Shown piece by piece: positions 41,188-53,568 of a stretch of DNA of 64,000 nucleotides. Both the position numbers and the translations under genes were made by a program. Below the pieces are notes generated by a model, which saw only the letters and a list, made by a program, of their open reading frames with translations, did not search any database and was not told the DNA's origin. Origin of the DNA: Chiloscyllium plagiosum (Eukaryota); assembly GCF_004010195.1 (NCBI RefSeq), contig NC_057711.1:17080719-17144718 (forward strand). The letters run 5' to 3'. Positions within the stretch are counted from its first letter, which is position 1. Each line of letters begins with the position of its first letter.

Positions 41188-41650
41188 CAGTCATAGAAAC
41201 ATAAAATCCCTACTGTGCAGAAAGTGGCCATTCAACCCATTGAGTCTGCTCCAGCCCTCCAAAGAGCATTCAACCTAGACCCAGTCCCCCTCCCTATCCC
41301 TATAACCCAGCATTAACCACGGTTAACTCACGTAGTCTGCACATCCCTGGATATACTACAATTTAGCCTGGTTTGGATCAGAGTGGTGCTGGAAAAGGAT
41401 AGCAGGTCAGGCAGCATCTGAGGAGCAGGAAAAATCGACGTTTCTGGCAAAAGCCCTTCATCAGGAATGATTCCTGATAAAGGGCTTTTGCCCAAAACGT
41501 CGATTTTCCTGCTCCTCGGATGCTGCCTGACCTGCTGTGCTTTTCCAGCACCACTCTGATCTAAACTCTGGTTTCCAGCATCTGCAGTCCTCACTTTTGC
41601 CTACAATTTAGCTTGGCCAATCCACCTAACCTGCACACCTTTAGACTATC
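41188..41650 (-). mobile_element. HE1 SINE 3' part, split by a palindromic PLE
   Basis: Sequence rejoins across the TSD as CAATTTAGC-TGGCCAATCCACCTAACCTGCACA. Confidence 0.85.
41371..41600. mobile_element. Non-autonomous palindromic PLE derivative inserted in an HE1 SINE
   Basis: About 98-bp inverted arms centred on 41469 (TCAGGAAT-G-ATTCCTGA), plus a ~33-bp one-sided tail. TSD CTACAATTTAGC at 41356-41367 and 41601-41612. Confidence 0.9.
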
Positions 41651-42799
41651 CTTATTGAGTTTTCTTTTAAACTCACAATAAGAATAAATAATAAAGCACA
41701 GTCAAACACACAGTTAGATGTAGACAAGCACTGTATCACATTCGTAAAGTTCGCAAGGCCATTCTGGCACTGAAATTGTATACCTTGCAATGGAAACATG
41801 TCAAAGTCATTTCTCCAGATACATAAAAAGCCAGACTGCCACAGCTGACATGGGCCTGCATTGAAAATATTTGAATCCAGCTAACTTACCGACCCACAAC
41901 CCCAAGCCACATATAGCGATCAGTCATTTCCATCTTGCCTCCACATGAAGCAATGGAGAGGAGACGTCACGTTTGTTTACACATGACATGAATGTACTAA
42001 TGCAAGTGAGAACTGAACTCATACCAAGTATCTTGAGTTGGAAAATCACAACAGAAAACCTTTACGGACAATCCCTCGGGGAGTGCAGGCAATAAAATAT
42101 GTACGGAAATAAGAAGAATGGGAAGTGTCCACCCATGCCCAGAAGATTTAGTGCCTGAGTCCCTGTCCATTGTTGGAGTTATCTCTATGGGAGCTGCATC
42201 ATATGGATATCCCTACATTTAAAGTGGATAGTTTTATAAAAAATATGAACTAGTGTGTTCAGATAAATGACCACAGAATTCCTTGAGGTTGCTAAGCATC
42301 ACTGGCTTTGTTCCACACTTGAGAAAGCAACCATAATTGATGAAGCTTCTCTTTATGAAGTGTAGATCAAAGCTCATTGCTCACCTGACTTGCCACCTCT
42401 TCCCATTCTTCGGTTGATAGAATGATTTAGCTCAATCATTCTATCAACATTTTTCATGTTTTTAACACCTCAGTTAATTGCCCCCTTAAATTTGAGAGAG
42501 CAATGCCACATTCTCTGGTGTGCTGAAGACCTGCATTCCCAGTACCATTCTGGTAAATCTTCCGCTGACTGTTCAATTAGATGAAGTTTGAAGATGATAC
42601 ATCTCCAAAACAATCACTGAGAGATTAGGGACATTTACATTAACCTGCATCATTGTATTAATCACCCCCTTTATAAAACAGACACTAAGAAACACACGCT
42701 AATGATGCAGATAATGTTTAGCTTCAGCAGACAGCACTCTGCAGTCCATGCAAGAGGAATAGCATTCATTCAACAGCTCCTGGCATAGCAAGTCAAAGC

Positions 42800-43620
42800 T
42801 AATAGAGTCATAGAGATGTACAGCATGGAAACAGACCCTTCGGTTCAATTCATCCATACCAACCACATATCCTAAATTTATCAATCCCATTTGCCAGCAC
42901 TTGGGCCATATCCCTCTAAACTCTTCCTTTTCATATATCTGTCCAGATGCCTTTTAAATGTTATAATTGTACCAGGCTCCACCACATCCTCTGGCAGCTC
43001 ATTCCATACACACATGGTGGCTCAGTGGTTAGCACTGCTGCCTCACAGTGCTAGAGTCCTAGGTGCAATTCCAGCTGAGGGTGACTGTCTGTGTGGAGTT
43101 TGCACATTCTCCCCATAACTGTATGGGTTTCCTCCCACAGTCCAAAGATGTGCAGGTCAGGTGTCAGATGTGCAGGCCCATAGTGTTAGATACAATAGTC
43201 AGAGGGGGGTGGGTTGCTCTTCAGAGGGTCGGTGTGGACTTGTTGGGCCGAAGGGCCTGCTTCCACACTGCAGGGAATCTAATCACCACCCTCTGCATGA
43301 AGTTGCTCCTTAGGTCACTTTTTTATCTTTTCCCCCCTCACCCTAAACCTATTTCCCTCTAGTTCTGGAGTCCCACTCCCTAGGCAAAAGACTTGTCTAT
43401 TTACCCTATCTATGCCCCTCATGATTTTATAAGTGTCTGTAAGGTGACCTCTCATCCTCCAACCTCCCAGGAAAACAGCCCCAGCCAATCACCCTCTCCC
43501 TATAGCTCAAAGCCTCCAACCCTGGAAACATCCTAATAAATCTTCTGTGAACCCTTTAAAGTTTCATAATATCCTTCCTATACGAGGGAGATCAGAACTA
43601 CACACGATATTCCAAAAGTT
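42800..43620 (-). mobile_element. CR1 3' fragment interrupted by an HE1 SINE
   Basis: ATAGAGTCATAGAGATGTACAGCATGGAAACAG tail. Resumes after the SINE at 43285. Confidence 0.9.
43011..43284 (+). mobile_element. HE1 SINE
   Basis: GGTGGCTCAGTGGTTAGCACTGCTGCCTCACAG head and AATCTAATC tail. Confidence 0.92.
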
Positions 43621-44057
43621 GGAGGGTTAGTAATGTAAAGATGTACTCAGCCAGGGGAATTCCGATAGCACAGTCAGTAGGTTTTAAGGGCTTTTGGCAA
43701 ACAGATGTAATCTTCTCACTCCCACTGAGCTAGAAGGTCTGAGTTCAATTCCAACATGCAACAGATATGTGCTATAACACGTACAAACAGATTGATAGAA
43801 AGTTTTTATTTGTATTCAGAGAGGAGCTTGCTCACAGACGTGGGCTGTTGGGAGAGGTGAAGAGATATAGAGTGGAAATTCAGAGTTTAGGGCGGAGGCA
43901 ACTGAACACATGGCCACCAATATTGCAGTAATTAAAACTGGGGATGCACAAGAGGTGAGAATTGGTGGAACATAAATATCTGAGAGAGTTACTGGGCCAG
44001 AGGAATGCTACAGCAATAGGGAGAGGTCCATCAAGGGAATGACAGGTTTACAATTTA

Positions 44058-44335
44058 AAAAAAACCAAACACAGCGATTGCTGGAGAAACTCAGCAGGTC
44101 TGGCAGCATCTGTGGAGAGAGAAAAGCAGAGTTAACATTTCAAGTCTGATATGACTCCTCTTCTGAACATACAATCCTTCTATGGGGGCTTTTACAAAAG
44201 AGTCTTACCAAACTTGAAACATTGGCACTATTTCTGTCTCTCTCTCCCAACAGATGCTGCCAGACTTGTTGAGTTTCACCAGCACTCCTCTGTGTTTGTT
44301 TTAAATTTCCAACATCTGCAGTACTTTGCTTTTAT
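44058..44335. mobile_element. Older palindromic PLE derivative
   Basis: GCTGGAGAAACTCAGCAGGTCTGGCAGCATCTG and its inverse CAGATGCTGCCAGACTTGTTGAGTTTCACCAGC. Tail CATCTGCAGTACTTTGCTTTT on the right side only. Confidence 0.8.
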
Positions 44336-45409
44336 GTAATTTAAGTGCTGGTTTTGCATGGCATGATTTGCCAAAATTTAGCTTACTTCTTGTGGTGTAG
44401 CGTGAGAATCTCCACCCAATCACTTTAGCTGGCGCAAAATTGGGCTTGCAGTGTACTGAGAAAATGGTCCTGCATGCCTCAGTTGACACATTCATTGTGA
44501 GAGTGTGTGATGTTTCATGATGGAAGGGTAGAAGCAGAGGATACACCATTCGGGTAAATATTAAAATTGAGGGAGATAGATTGCTCAAGCTGAAAATCTA
44601 TTCCATTGAGCATCATTATTGTCAGAACTGATTTGTTGAGAAATCGTCAATTATGAAGAGGCGCACTTCGGTTGAATTACCTTGCTACCCAGCACGACTA
44701 AATTTCAGACATAAGCATTTATTTTATACGGAGTAAGATTTATTTTTAAGATTAATATTTGGGGAGAAGGAGTTTCATGCATTAAAATGGACTGAAAGGC
44801 AAATCTTAATATTGAGCCATTGGCAACAGTCACACTAAAGAAAGGGCTTTTGATCAGGTTGTTACCATAGCAACAGTGCACATCAAATGTTGTGAAACCT
44901 CATCCTGCTGGGTTATTTTTGAATGCATTCGCTGGAACACACTCTTTGAAACAAAGGTTTCAAACACTTAATAGCTGACATTACCAAAAAGATCAAAATG
45001 CCACGATTTCAATACAATTCTTTTTATCTGAACAATGCAGCAGCAACCCATTTAGCATTTTAAATCAATCTATTAAACAGTTGCTCAAATTGAATGGAAC
45101 TATTCCATAAAGACAGCATTTTCCACAAATCACCCTTGTAGAGCCCAATAAAGATGCTGGGATTGAAACCTCAGTGAAATTTTGATTCCCAATGTTTTAA
45201 CTGACTTATACAGAGAACAATAAGATAATGGGATGTGTTGGCAAATGAACTTGTAATAGTGTTGAAGACCAAGGAAATGAAAGTCAAGTAAAGGGTTTAA
45301 CACGAAAAGGTTGTGGCAAAATTCGGCTGGGAGATAATAGATCACGTCTGAGTCAACAATTTTGAAGATCATCAGGTGTCCCACCCACTTTCACTCTTCC
45401 CTGACTAAA

Positions 45410-45446
45410 ATGGAAGAGACAATGGTCATATGGAAGAGACAATGGT
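45410..45446 (+). repeat. 20-bp-period tandem duplication
   Basis: ATGGAAGAGACAATGGT at 45410 and 45430. Confidence 0.9.
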
Positions 45447-46174
45447 TGGGGCATATGGTCTATAACTTCCCTGTTTGAGCTCAACTGCTGCTGATCCTGT
45501 CATCCACGCTCTTGTATATACTAGTGGTGAAAGGTATACGAGTGAGCCAAGTTGCTGGTATGTGCCATTGGGTGGAATACCTAGCCTTGGTCCAAGCATG
45601 AGTGTCCTGTTAAGATCACAGTTGAAGAACCACCCACTAGTCACCCCTATTTTGTAGGTAAAGGTTTCTCTTGCTCTGAGTGTGAGAAAGTAGCAAACTG
45701 TCCAATAGGAAACAGAACAAGAGAAAGACTTTCTCGATCTAAGTGCTGTCAATTAACCACAGTCAAAAATAACCAGGACAAAAGGATTTTGATCAACCTG
45801 CAAGACCAAGAATTTCAAAACTGATGGCTCAATTAACAACTCCATACAGAAAGGCACCTGAGAGTGGAATTGAATCCAGTTTCCTGACTCAGTGAGGCAG
45901 CAATGTTAACCACTGAGCCAGCATGCCAGCCTAGAATTGGGATATTTCGTTATGATAATAACAGAATATAAATAAAAGTTGTTCCAGTTATACATCTCCA
46001 ACTAAAATGTAATTTTAATCTCGCATTGCTGGAGGACACAAGACTGCAACGTTACCGTAAACAAGAGCTCAGTGATATAGTTACTGCATGAAATATCAGC
46101 GGTGCATTCAACATTGCAAACAGACCAAGGCAGTTCACAGAACCAACTGAATATCAGACACAATTTGGTGCTGA

Positions 46175-46965
46175 ACAACGCACCCAGAATACTATGCGCA
46201 GTTTTAGTCTCCTTGCTTGAGAAAGGATGTGCTGGCACTGGAGGGAGTGCAGAGAAGTTGATTTCGGAGTTGAGAGTGTTGGCTTATGGAGGAGAGATTG
46301 AGTGGACTGGGTCTATACTTATTGGAATTTAGATGAATGGGGGGGGGGGTCATATAGAAGCATATACAATTATGAAGGAAGTAGATAAGATAGAAGCAGG
46401 GAGGTTGTTTCCCTGGTTGATGAAACTAGACCTAGGGGGGTAATCAACTAGGTAAAAACAATGACTGCAGATGCAGGAAACCAGAGTCTAGATTAGAGTG
46501 GTGCTGGAAAAGCACAGCAGTTCAGGCAGCATCCGAGGAGCAGTAAAATCGACGTTTTGGGTAAAAGCTCTTCATCAGGAATCCTTACGAAGGGCTTTTG
46601 CTTGAAACATTGATTTTACTGCTCCTTGGATGCTGCCTGAACTGCTGTGCTTTTCCAGCACCACTCTAATCTAGGGTGGGAATCTTCTAAGGGAGCAGAT
46701 TTAGGGCTGAGTTGAGGAGGAACTTCTTCAGCAAAAAGATTGCAAATCTGTGGAACTCCCTGCTCAGTGAAGGAGTTGAGGCTGCCTTGTTGACTGTTTT
46801 AAGGCAACAATGGAATGACTTTTTGCACAGTAAAGGACTTAAGGGAAAACCCTTAAGGTGAGCGGGTTGGGAAGTGGAGTTGAGTCCATGAAAACTGAAT
46901 GGCGGAACAGGCTCGACAGATTAGATGGCCTAATTCCTGCTCCTATTTCTTCTGCTCTGATGTCC
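46175..46965 (+). mobile_element. CR1 3' fragment interrupted by a palindromic PLE
   Basis: Decayed LEYC.QFWSP / GL.YEERL / RRNFFSQ.V.NLWNSLP motifs and a CCTGCTCCTATTTCTT tail. Confidence 0.8.
46446..46670. mobile_element. Non-autonomous palindromic PLE derivative inserted in a CR1 fragment
   Basis: Inverted arms centred near 46582 with the tail on the left. Imperfect 14-bp TSD CTAGGGGGGTAATC (46432) / CTAGGGTGGGAATC (46671). Confidence 0.9.
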
Positions 46966-49900
46966 TTAGAATGAGGCTTTATAGTACATGAACAAATACA
47001 TAGTCAAAGAGATGTGTTTTAGGGGCTATTTTTAAAGAGACAGAGAGAGAGAAAGAAAGAAGCAGACAAATTGAGAAGTAAAGAGGCTTTGGAAGAGAAT
47101 TCCAGACTGTAGGCATGTTAGACTTTGGTCAACTTGGACAACTCCACTTCTCACTTCCTTCCCATATCCCTCTGATTCCAGAGAGACCAAAGATCCACCT
47201 GACTCATCCTTCAGTGTGTTTGATGAGGAAGCATCAATAACCCCCGATGCAGAAACTTCTCCTCTCCTTAATCCCTAATGATCACTCTGTATCCTAATTC
47301 TGGGCCCCATGAGTCTTACCACCTTTTGAAGTTGAGAGTCCTGCCTCATGGATTAGAATACATGTTAGTCTGAAACAACATTGACACTGTAGAAATAACT
47401 ATGATATTTCCTCTTCAACCTGTGAATATAGTTTGATGCTTGGGTATCTTAAATCTCTGAAGAGATTTCACCAAATAATGATTGTCTTCATCCTCATTCA
47501 GTTTCTCTTGCGATGTAACAGTGAAATAGACTCTGAATCACACCAATATTATACCTCTGGCAGCAAAATAACTATGTACCTTAAATTCTGCTTGTTTTAA
47601 AGTTCTGCAAAGCCACTTTACAAAGTGTGTCCAACAGAGAAAATCATCATATCAGCTAATGTGCTAACAACGTGGTAGGATCTTAACAGCAGATTGTGAT
47701 ACTACATAGAATTACACAGAAGTTTCCAGCACAGACACGGGCCATTCTGCCCAAAAGGACTGTGCTGGTATTTATGCTTCATATAAGATTTCTCTTATTG
47801 TGTTACACTATTAATTTACCTCTCGATTCCTTTTTCCCCAATGTAGTTATTTAGCTGCCTCTTAAATGCTATTCATTTTAATGACTCATACAATTAAACA
47901 CAACAAATAATTAACTGTAATTTGGCAGCATTGACCATATAAGCACCAATACTGTATCACAAGAAGTTTGAAAGTTTGTGTTTCAAGGGTTATCAAATAT
48001 TCCCTGCCCATTTCCATCACAAATACTTTAAGAAACTTACCACTTGTTATTTTTATTGCATATAAAGCAACAGAAATCTGAACTCTGACATTGGTAACTT
48101 AGTATTAACTGAACTATAAAAATTGAACTAGATGCTAATGTTTCAAATCCAAACCAGGACCATAAAGTGGCTGGATATTCTTCCATTCCATCACCTAAAT
48201 AGGATAGAAAATCAGGCAGACAGAACTATCACAATGTCCACAGCCTGACCTGGATTTGCTGTTATTTTATCCCAACAGAGAGAAGGCCACAAGAGGACCT
48301 TTTCACCAGTCTGCCTGGCAACCAAGCTGATTTCCTTGCCTTCCGCTGCTGTTCATAGGGAAACCAGTGAGAAGGATGGTGGGTTTCTCTGGGAGGACCC
48401 TGACACTAACACTTGGTGTTAGGGCCCCAGTTCAATCAAAACCAAAAATCCACAGGAGCTTAACGACCACGTGAGGAGGTCTTTCCTAGACAGATCAACA
48501 CAATACTGCACTTTCCTTCTCCAACACAGCCTTGAAGCTTATAGCATTGTAAATTATCTTGTTGAATGAAGGTATAGAAACCTAGTGTTATAATATATAG
48601 CACTGGACTGATAATACTTGGATTAGCACCGAATGGCAGTAGGAACTATGAATTTTAATTTTCTATTGAAACCAAAAGTAACATAAACCCTGGTCAGATG
48701 CAAGACTTCCACTAGTCCATAAATATTATCAAAGCTGTTTCATAATTTCCGCAATAAATTATGTGTTGAGTACTTTTATTTTACAATAACAGAAAGGGAC
48801 AGTTCTAAAAGTCACATTTCATAATGATCATCTGTCCCTGTGTTTCCAAAAATCCACAGGTCAATGATTCACCTTTCTCGCTAAGTGTTAATTGCCTGAG
48901 AGGATGAAGAACTACAGCTTGAGCTGGATCCTTCTGACCTCAAAAAACTCAGAAATGGGTGTGGGAATTGGCAATAGCTGAATCCACAGGACTAGAAAAT
49001 TTGAATGATGTGTCAAAAACAGTCCCACACAAACCTCCCACAGGAGTGAGGAGGTTAGCATTGGGTTTGCATTGTGATCCTGCATGCACTGTATGTGTGA
49101 CGCCACAGACACCATTGACAGACCTAAGTGTGAAATTTGCATATCGTTCATATCCCATGGTAGTTTGTCGGGTGAGTTTTGGAACTCACTGGTTCAGGCA
49201 GTCCAGGAATTATGTTCGAAATATTTTGAGGAGTCAGGAACATTTTGACTGGTAAATGTTAATTTTTTTTTATCAACTTCTCCCATGTTTTCCTAATCCT
49301 ATTTCTCACATTATTTCAAATATCATTATTAGATGCGGTATTATCAGATGGGTTTTTACTGCAGTAATTTGTTGCTGGGTTCTGTTCTGAAAATGCAAAT
49401 TAACTATTGCATTGAACAGCATTCAGTAAGTATTGAGATGCACTTCAGTATGTTTCTAACTGGAAAAGTTACTACAGTAACACTGAATCTTAGTTACAGT
49501 GACCATAGCTTTCGTCAAATGCTGTAAAAACCGATTTAGTTCACTTTAATCTGGAAATCAGTCATTCTTACCTGGTCTCATCTAAATGTGACCAGAGACT
49601 CACAACAACACGATTGACTCTTAACTGTCCTCTGAAATGGACCAGCAAGCCATTTAGTTCAAGGGCAATTCAGGATGAGAACAAAGGCAGAAATTGCTGA
49701 TGGAAGCTTACATTCCAAGAGTGGTTTAAAGAAAAGTGCTACTGTATATTCAAAACTGTGGAAAAGACAGTTTGAGGATTGGCATATTATGATTGGACAT
49801 GATTCAAATGTCCAAGGTGCTCCAGCATAGATCCAAAATTGGCCTGCTGCTTTATCTTAGGAAAAATGCAGCCACCTGCTTCTGGAATTATTTGAGTGTC

Positions 49901-50336
49901 AGACCTTCTGGTGTAAGTTGAAATAAACTGAACCAGCTGTTCTTTCAGTTTCAATAGAGCTACAGATTTAGATCTAGGTTTATTTAATATTGTCTCTTGC
50001 ACCTAGGGACAGTGAAAAGTGGATAACATCGCCCCGTTCCAAAACCATCTTTGATTGTAGAATGCATTACTGAATAAACTGTACGTATCGTAAAATACTG
50101 AATAAATTAACATTAAATTAATATTACTATAACTGAAACAGCTTCAAAAGTTCATGTTTCCCTCCCAGTAGACTTCACCTTCTCTGTTCCTCCAGTTGCT
50201 GTCATCTGACATCAAGAGGGTCAAGTCTTGTGCTTTTTTCCTGCCGTCACCAGTGCTGTCGCTTCCACCTCCACCACCTTCCAGTTGGAGACAGTCACAT
50301 TGCACAAGACCTACAAGTCCTCCAATGCTGGACATC

Positions 50337-50450
50337 AACTGACAGGTCCTCGCTTCAAGTTGACCAACAGGACTCTGGTTTGGAGTTGACCAACGGGGTC
50401 CTGGTTTGGAGTTGACCGACTGGCTCCGAGTTGACGGACAGAGTCCTGGC
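50337..50450 (+). repeat. Degenerate ~26-bp minisatellite, about 4 units
   Basis: Repeats of AAC.GG..CTGGTTTGGAGTTGACC. Confidence 0.8.
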
Positions 50451-50700
50451 TCACCTTCTGATGCTGCCACCCTGGATGGAGCCAGGATGGAGATACATAG
50501 GACCCTGGCCTCCCACAGGAGGACATCAGGAGGAGGCCCAAAGGTACGCGAAACAAAATAAAGCATGACTGAGCTACCAAGCTGGAAATACGACAATAAA
50601 GCCCAACCCGCCGCCTGAGTCCATGAGCAGCCAAGCTCAGGAGCCAAACACCTGTTGTCCCTGCCACCATAATTGTTGGTTTTTACAGCTGAGTCAATTA

Positions 50701-50957
50701 GGGTGATACGGTGGCTCAGCAGTTAGGACTGCTACCTCACCATGCCAAGGACCCAGGTTTAATTTCACCCTTGGGCGACTGTCTGTGTGGAGTTTGTACA
50801 TTTTCCCTGTGTCTGTGTGGGTTTCTTCCCATAGTCCAAAGATGTTAGGTGGATAGGCCATGCGAAGTGCAGGATTACAGGGTCTAGGTGAGATGCTCTT
50901 CCAAGTATCAATGTGGACTTGATGGGTTGGTCTGATTCCACACTGTAGAGATTACGA
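50701..50957 (+). mobile_element. HE1 SINE, diverged
   Basis: ACGGTGGCTCAGCAGTTAGGACTGCTACCTCAC head and V-domain. Confidence 0.88.
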
Positions 50958-51020
50958 TTGTGAATACCTAGCTGAGTTTCAGAGCTTATGAATGACTGAG
51001 GCCATTGGATCGTTGGATAA

Positions 51021-51330
51021 GGGGAGATGGTAAAGTAGTAGCAAGCTCACTCAACTAGTGATCCAGAGGGCTACATTAATGTATTAGGGACATGAGTTCA
51101 AATCTCACTCTGGTAGCTGGTGGAATTTAAATTCAGTTAACCAAATCTGGAATGGTGACCCAAGAAACTATCATTACTTATTGGTTTTGTCTCTTTAGGA
51201 AATGAAATCTGCAATGTTTACTGCTATGTAACCCATGTTACTCCAGACTCACAGTAAAATGGTTGATACTTAACTGCCCTTTGAAATGACCTAGCAAGTC
51301 ATTCAGGTAAAGGGCAATTAGGATGGACAG
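51021..51330 (+). mobile_element. tRNA-derived SINE, second family
   Basis: GAGTTCAAATCTC B box, GGTGGAATTTAAATTCA and TAACTGCCCT. Confidence 0.8.
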
Positions 51331-51494
51331 AAAATCCATGATTGGTATGGTAAATGTTTGATTGGCAAGTTTCTGGGGTTATTGAAGGATTATCTTCAGT
51401 ATGGTTTCTAAATGGATGTTTGATGGCCCCATCATTATTGCATTCTTTCTGAGGTCTGTTGACTGGGTGCATCACTATGCAAATACATAGGAGT

Positions 51495-52122
51495 CATAGA
51501 GTCGCAGAGTCATAGAGATGTACCGCACGGAAACAGACCCTTTGGTCTAACTTATCCATGCCAGCTAGATATCCTAACCTAATCTAGTCCCATTTGCCAG
51601 CACTTGACCCATAATCCCTCAAAAGGCGAAAGTGAGAACTGCAGATGCTGGAGATCAGAGTCAAGATTAGAGTGGTGCTGGAAAAGCACAGCGGGTCAGG
51701 CCGCATCTGAGGAGCAGGAAAATCAACGTTTCGGGCAAAAGCACTTCATCGAAAATGAGCATTCCCGATTAAGGGCGTTTGCCTATTCCTACTCCTCGGA
51801 TGCTGCCTGACCTGCTGTGCTTTTCCAGCACCACTCTAATCTTGACCCATATCCCTCTAAACCCTTCCTATTCATATACCCATCCAAATGCCTTTTAAAT
51901 GCTGTAATTGTACCAGCCTCCACCACTTCCTCTGGCAGCTCATTCCACATACGCACCACCCTCTGCATGAAAAAGCTTCCCCTTAGATCCCTTTTAAATC
52001 TTTCCCCTCTTACCCTAAACCTATGCCCTCCAGCTGTGGGACTGACTAACCCAAGACAAAGACCTTCTCTATTTACCCTATCCATGCCCCTCATGATTTT
52101 ATAAATCTCTATCAGGTCACCC
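51495..52122 (-). mobile_element. CR1 3' fragment interrupted by a palindromic PLE
   Basis: GDLIEIYKIMRGMDRV...WNELPEEVVEAGTITAFKRHLD. Confidence 0.92.
51621..51840. mobile_element. Non-autonomous palindromic PLE derivative inserted in a CR1 3' end
   Basis: Inverted arms centred near 51758. TSD CTTGACCCATA(A)TCCCTC at 51603-51620 and 51841-51857. Confidence 0.9.
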
Positions 52123-52754
52123 GAGGGCCCATGTGCGATTTGATAAGGCCCAGGGACAAGAGGGGGAAATGAAAAGAGGGTGGAGTTAGGAAAGGTCTTG
52201 GCAAATGTAAAGCAGTCATAGTGGGTTATGTGTTCTATGTCAGAACATGGACTGGTTATAGGGTTGAGGAGGTGATGGTGTAGAGAGTTGGAACAATCTC
52301 TAGAAAACAGTACCAAGCTTTGGATGCTCTGGCATCTGCCAGCGCTGACAGTGGCTCAGACCTGGTATGAAGTGAGCAGATCTGGTGCATTCCAGGTCAG
52401 ATTTGGTTGGAATGAAAATCTGACAGTTTTGAGAAGAGGTGACCAGTCCAGTCTGCAGAAGTCAATTCTGCAGTTGCAATTCTTGAACACACATCAAATC
52501 TCTAGCCCTTTGATTCCAATCAGTCCAACTGATTGGTTCAAAAACAGTGCTCTGACAGTAGCAAATAAGCAACATGAGTATAGGAGAATGATATCCTTTC
52601 CCTTTCTGTGAGAGGCATCTAATAGCACTCTGGATATCCACCTCTTGCTAAAATTGATAGCTCAGTGATTTGAGAGAGCATAGCCACAAACTTATATCCT
52701 ACCATATAATGCTATGATCTGGACACATCAAATATTTTCTTTAGCGCCCTGACA

Positions 52755-53020
52755 GGGGAGGTGATGGCCTCGGGGCAGTATCACTGAACTGTTAATCCAG
52801 AGACCCAGGTAAAGTTCTGGAGACCCAGGTTCGAATCCCACCACAGCAGATGATGGAATTTGAATTCATTAAAAACCTGGAAGGAAAAAGTCCATTGATG
52901 ACCATGAAGCCATTGTCAGGGATAAAACCGAGAGTCAACACATTTTTGTAGGTCTGCCGTTACATGTAGGCCTGACCAGGTAAGGATGGCAGATTTCATT
53001 CTCCAAAGGATCTTAGTGAA
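52755..53020 (+). mobile_element. tRNA-derived SINE, second family (3' part appears inverted)
   Basis: GGGGAGGTGATGGCCT...GGTTCGAATCCCACC head. 52950-53020 matches the family body in reverse. Confidence 0.75.
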
Positions 53021-53278
53021 GAAATTACCATTCATGCTCACTGGCTACATTGTCTTCTGATTCTAAGTTGAACATCTTTGTTTTCAAATTCTGGAATGAC
53101 CTAATGCCTTCTTCATTCTGTGACCTCCTCCAGCCTCACAAATGTGAAAGCTATCTGCATTTCTGTAATTATGACCTCTCTGCTGTCCATTATTTTCATT
53201 GCTCCATCTTTGGCCAAAGTCCTAAGTCAGGGAAAGCATTCCCATGGTCTCGATACCAAATTCTCTGCATCTCTCCCT

Positions 53279-53568
53279 CCTTCGGCCCAACAAGTCCACA
53301 CCGACCCGCCGAAGTGAGCGCAACCCACCCAGACCCATTCCCCTACATTTACCCGTTCACCTAACACTACGGGCAATTTAGCATGGACAATTCACCTAAC
53401 CGGCACATTTTTGGACTGTGGGAGGAAACCGGAGCATCCGGAGGAAACCCACACACACACGGGGAGAATGTGCAAACTCCACACAGTCAGTCGCCTGAAG
53501 CGGGAATTGAACCCAGGTCTCTGGCGCTGTGAGGCAGCAGTGCTAACCACTGTGCCAGCGTGCCACCC
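53279..53568 (-). mobile_element. HE1 SINE, young, inside an L2-like 3' end (53030-53700)
   Basis: Nearly identical to 33007-33326 with many CpGs retained. Confidence 0.95.

Noticed and set aside
41371-41600. Palindromes as miRNA hairpins or DNA-transposon MITEs
   Set aside because: The arms are identical to the 3' termini of RT/GIY-YIG-coding PLEs in this window (1012, 6144). The repeats are asymmetric and TSD lengths vary, unlike cut-and-paste MITEs.
45410-45446. ATGGAAGAGA repeat resembling the gpm6a start
   Set aside because: It is on the opposite strand, similarity is limited to 10 nt and it does not encode the peptide. A simple tandem duplication.
50337-50450. CRISPR-like repeat-spacer pattern
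   Set aside because: Vertebrate context, no unique spacers and no cas genes. It is a degenerate minisatellite.
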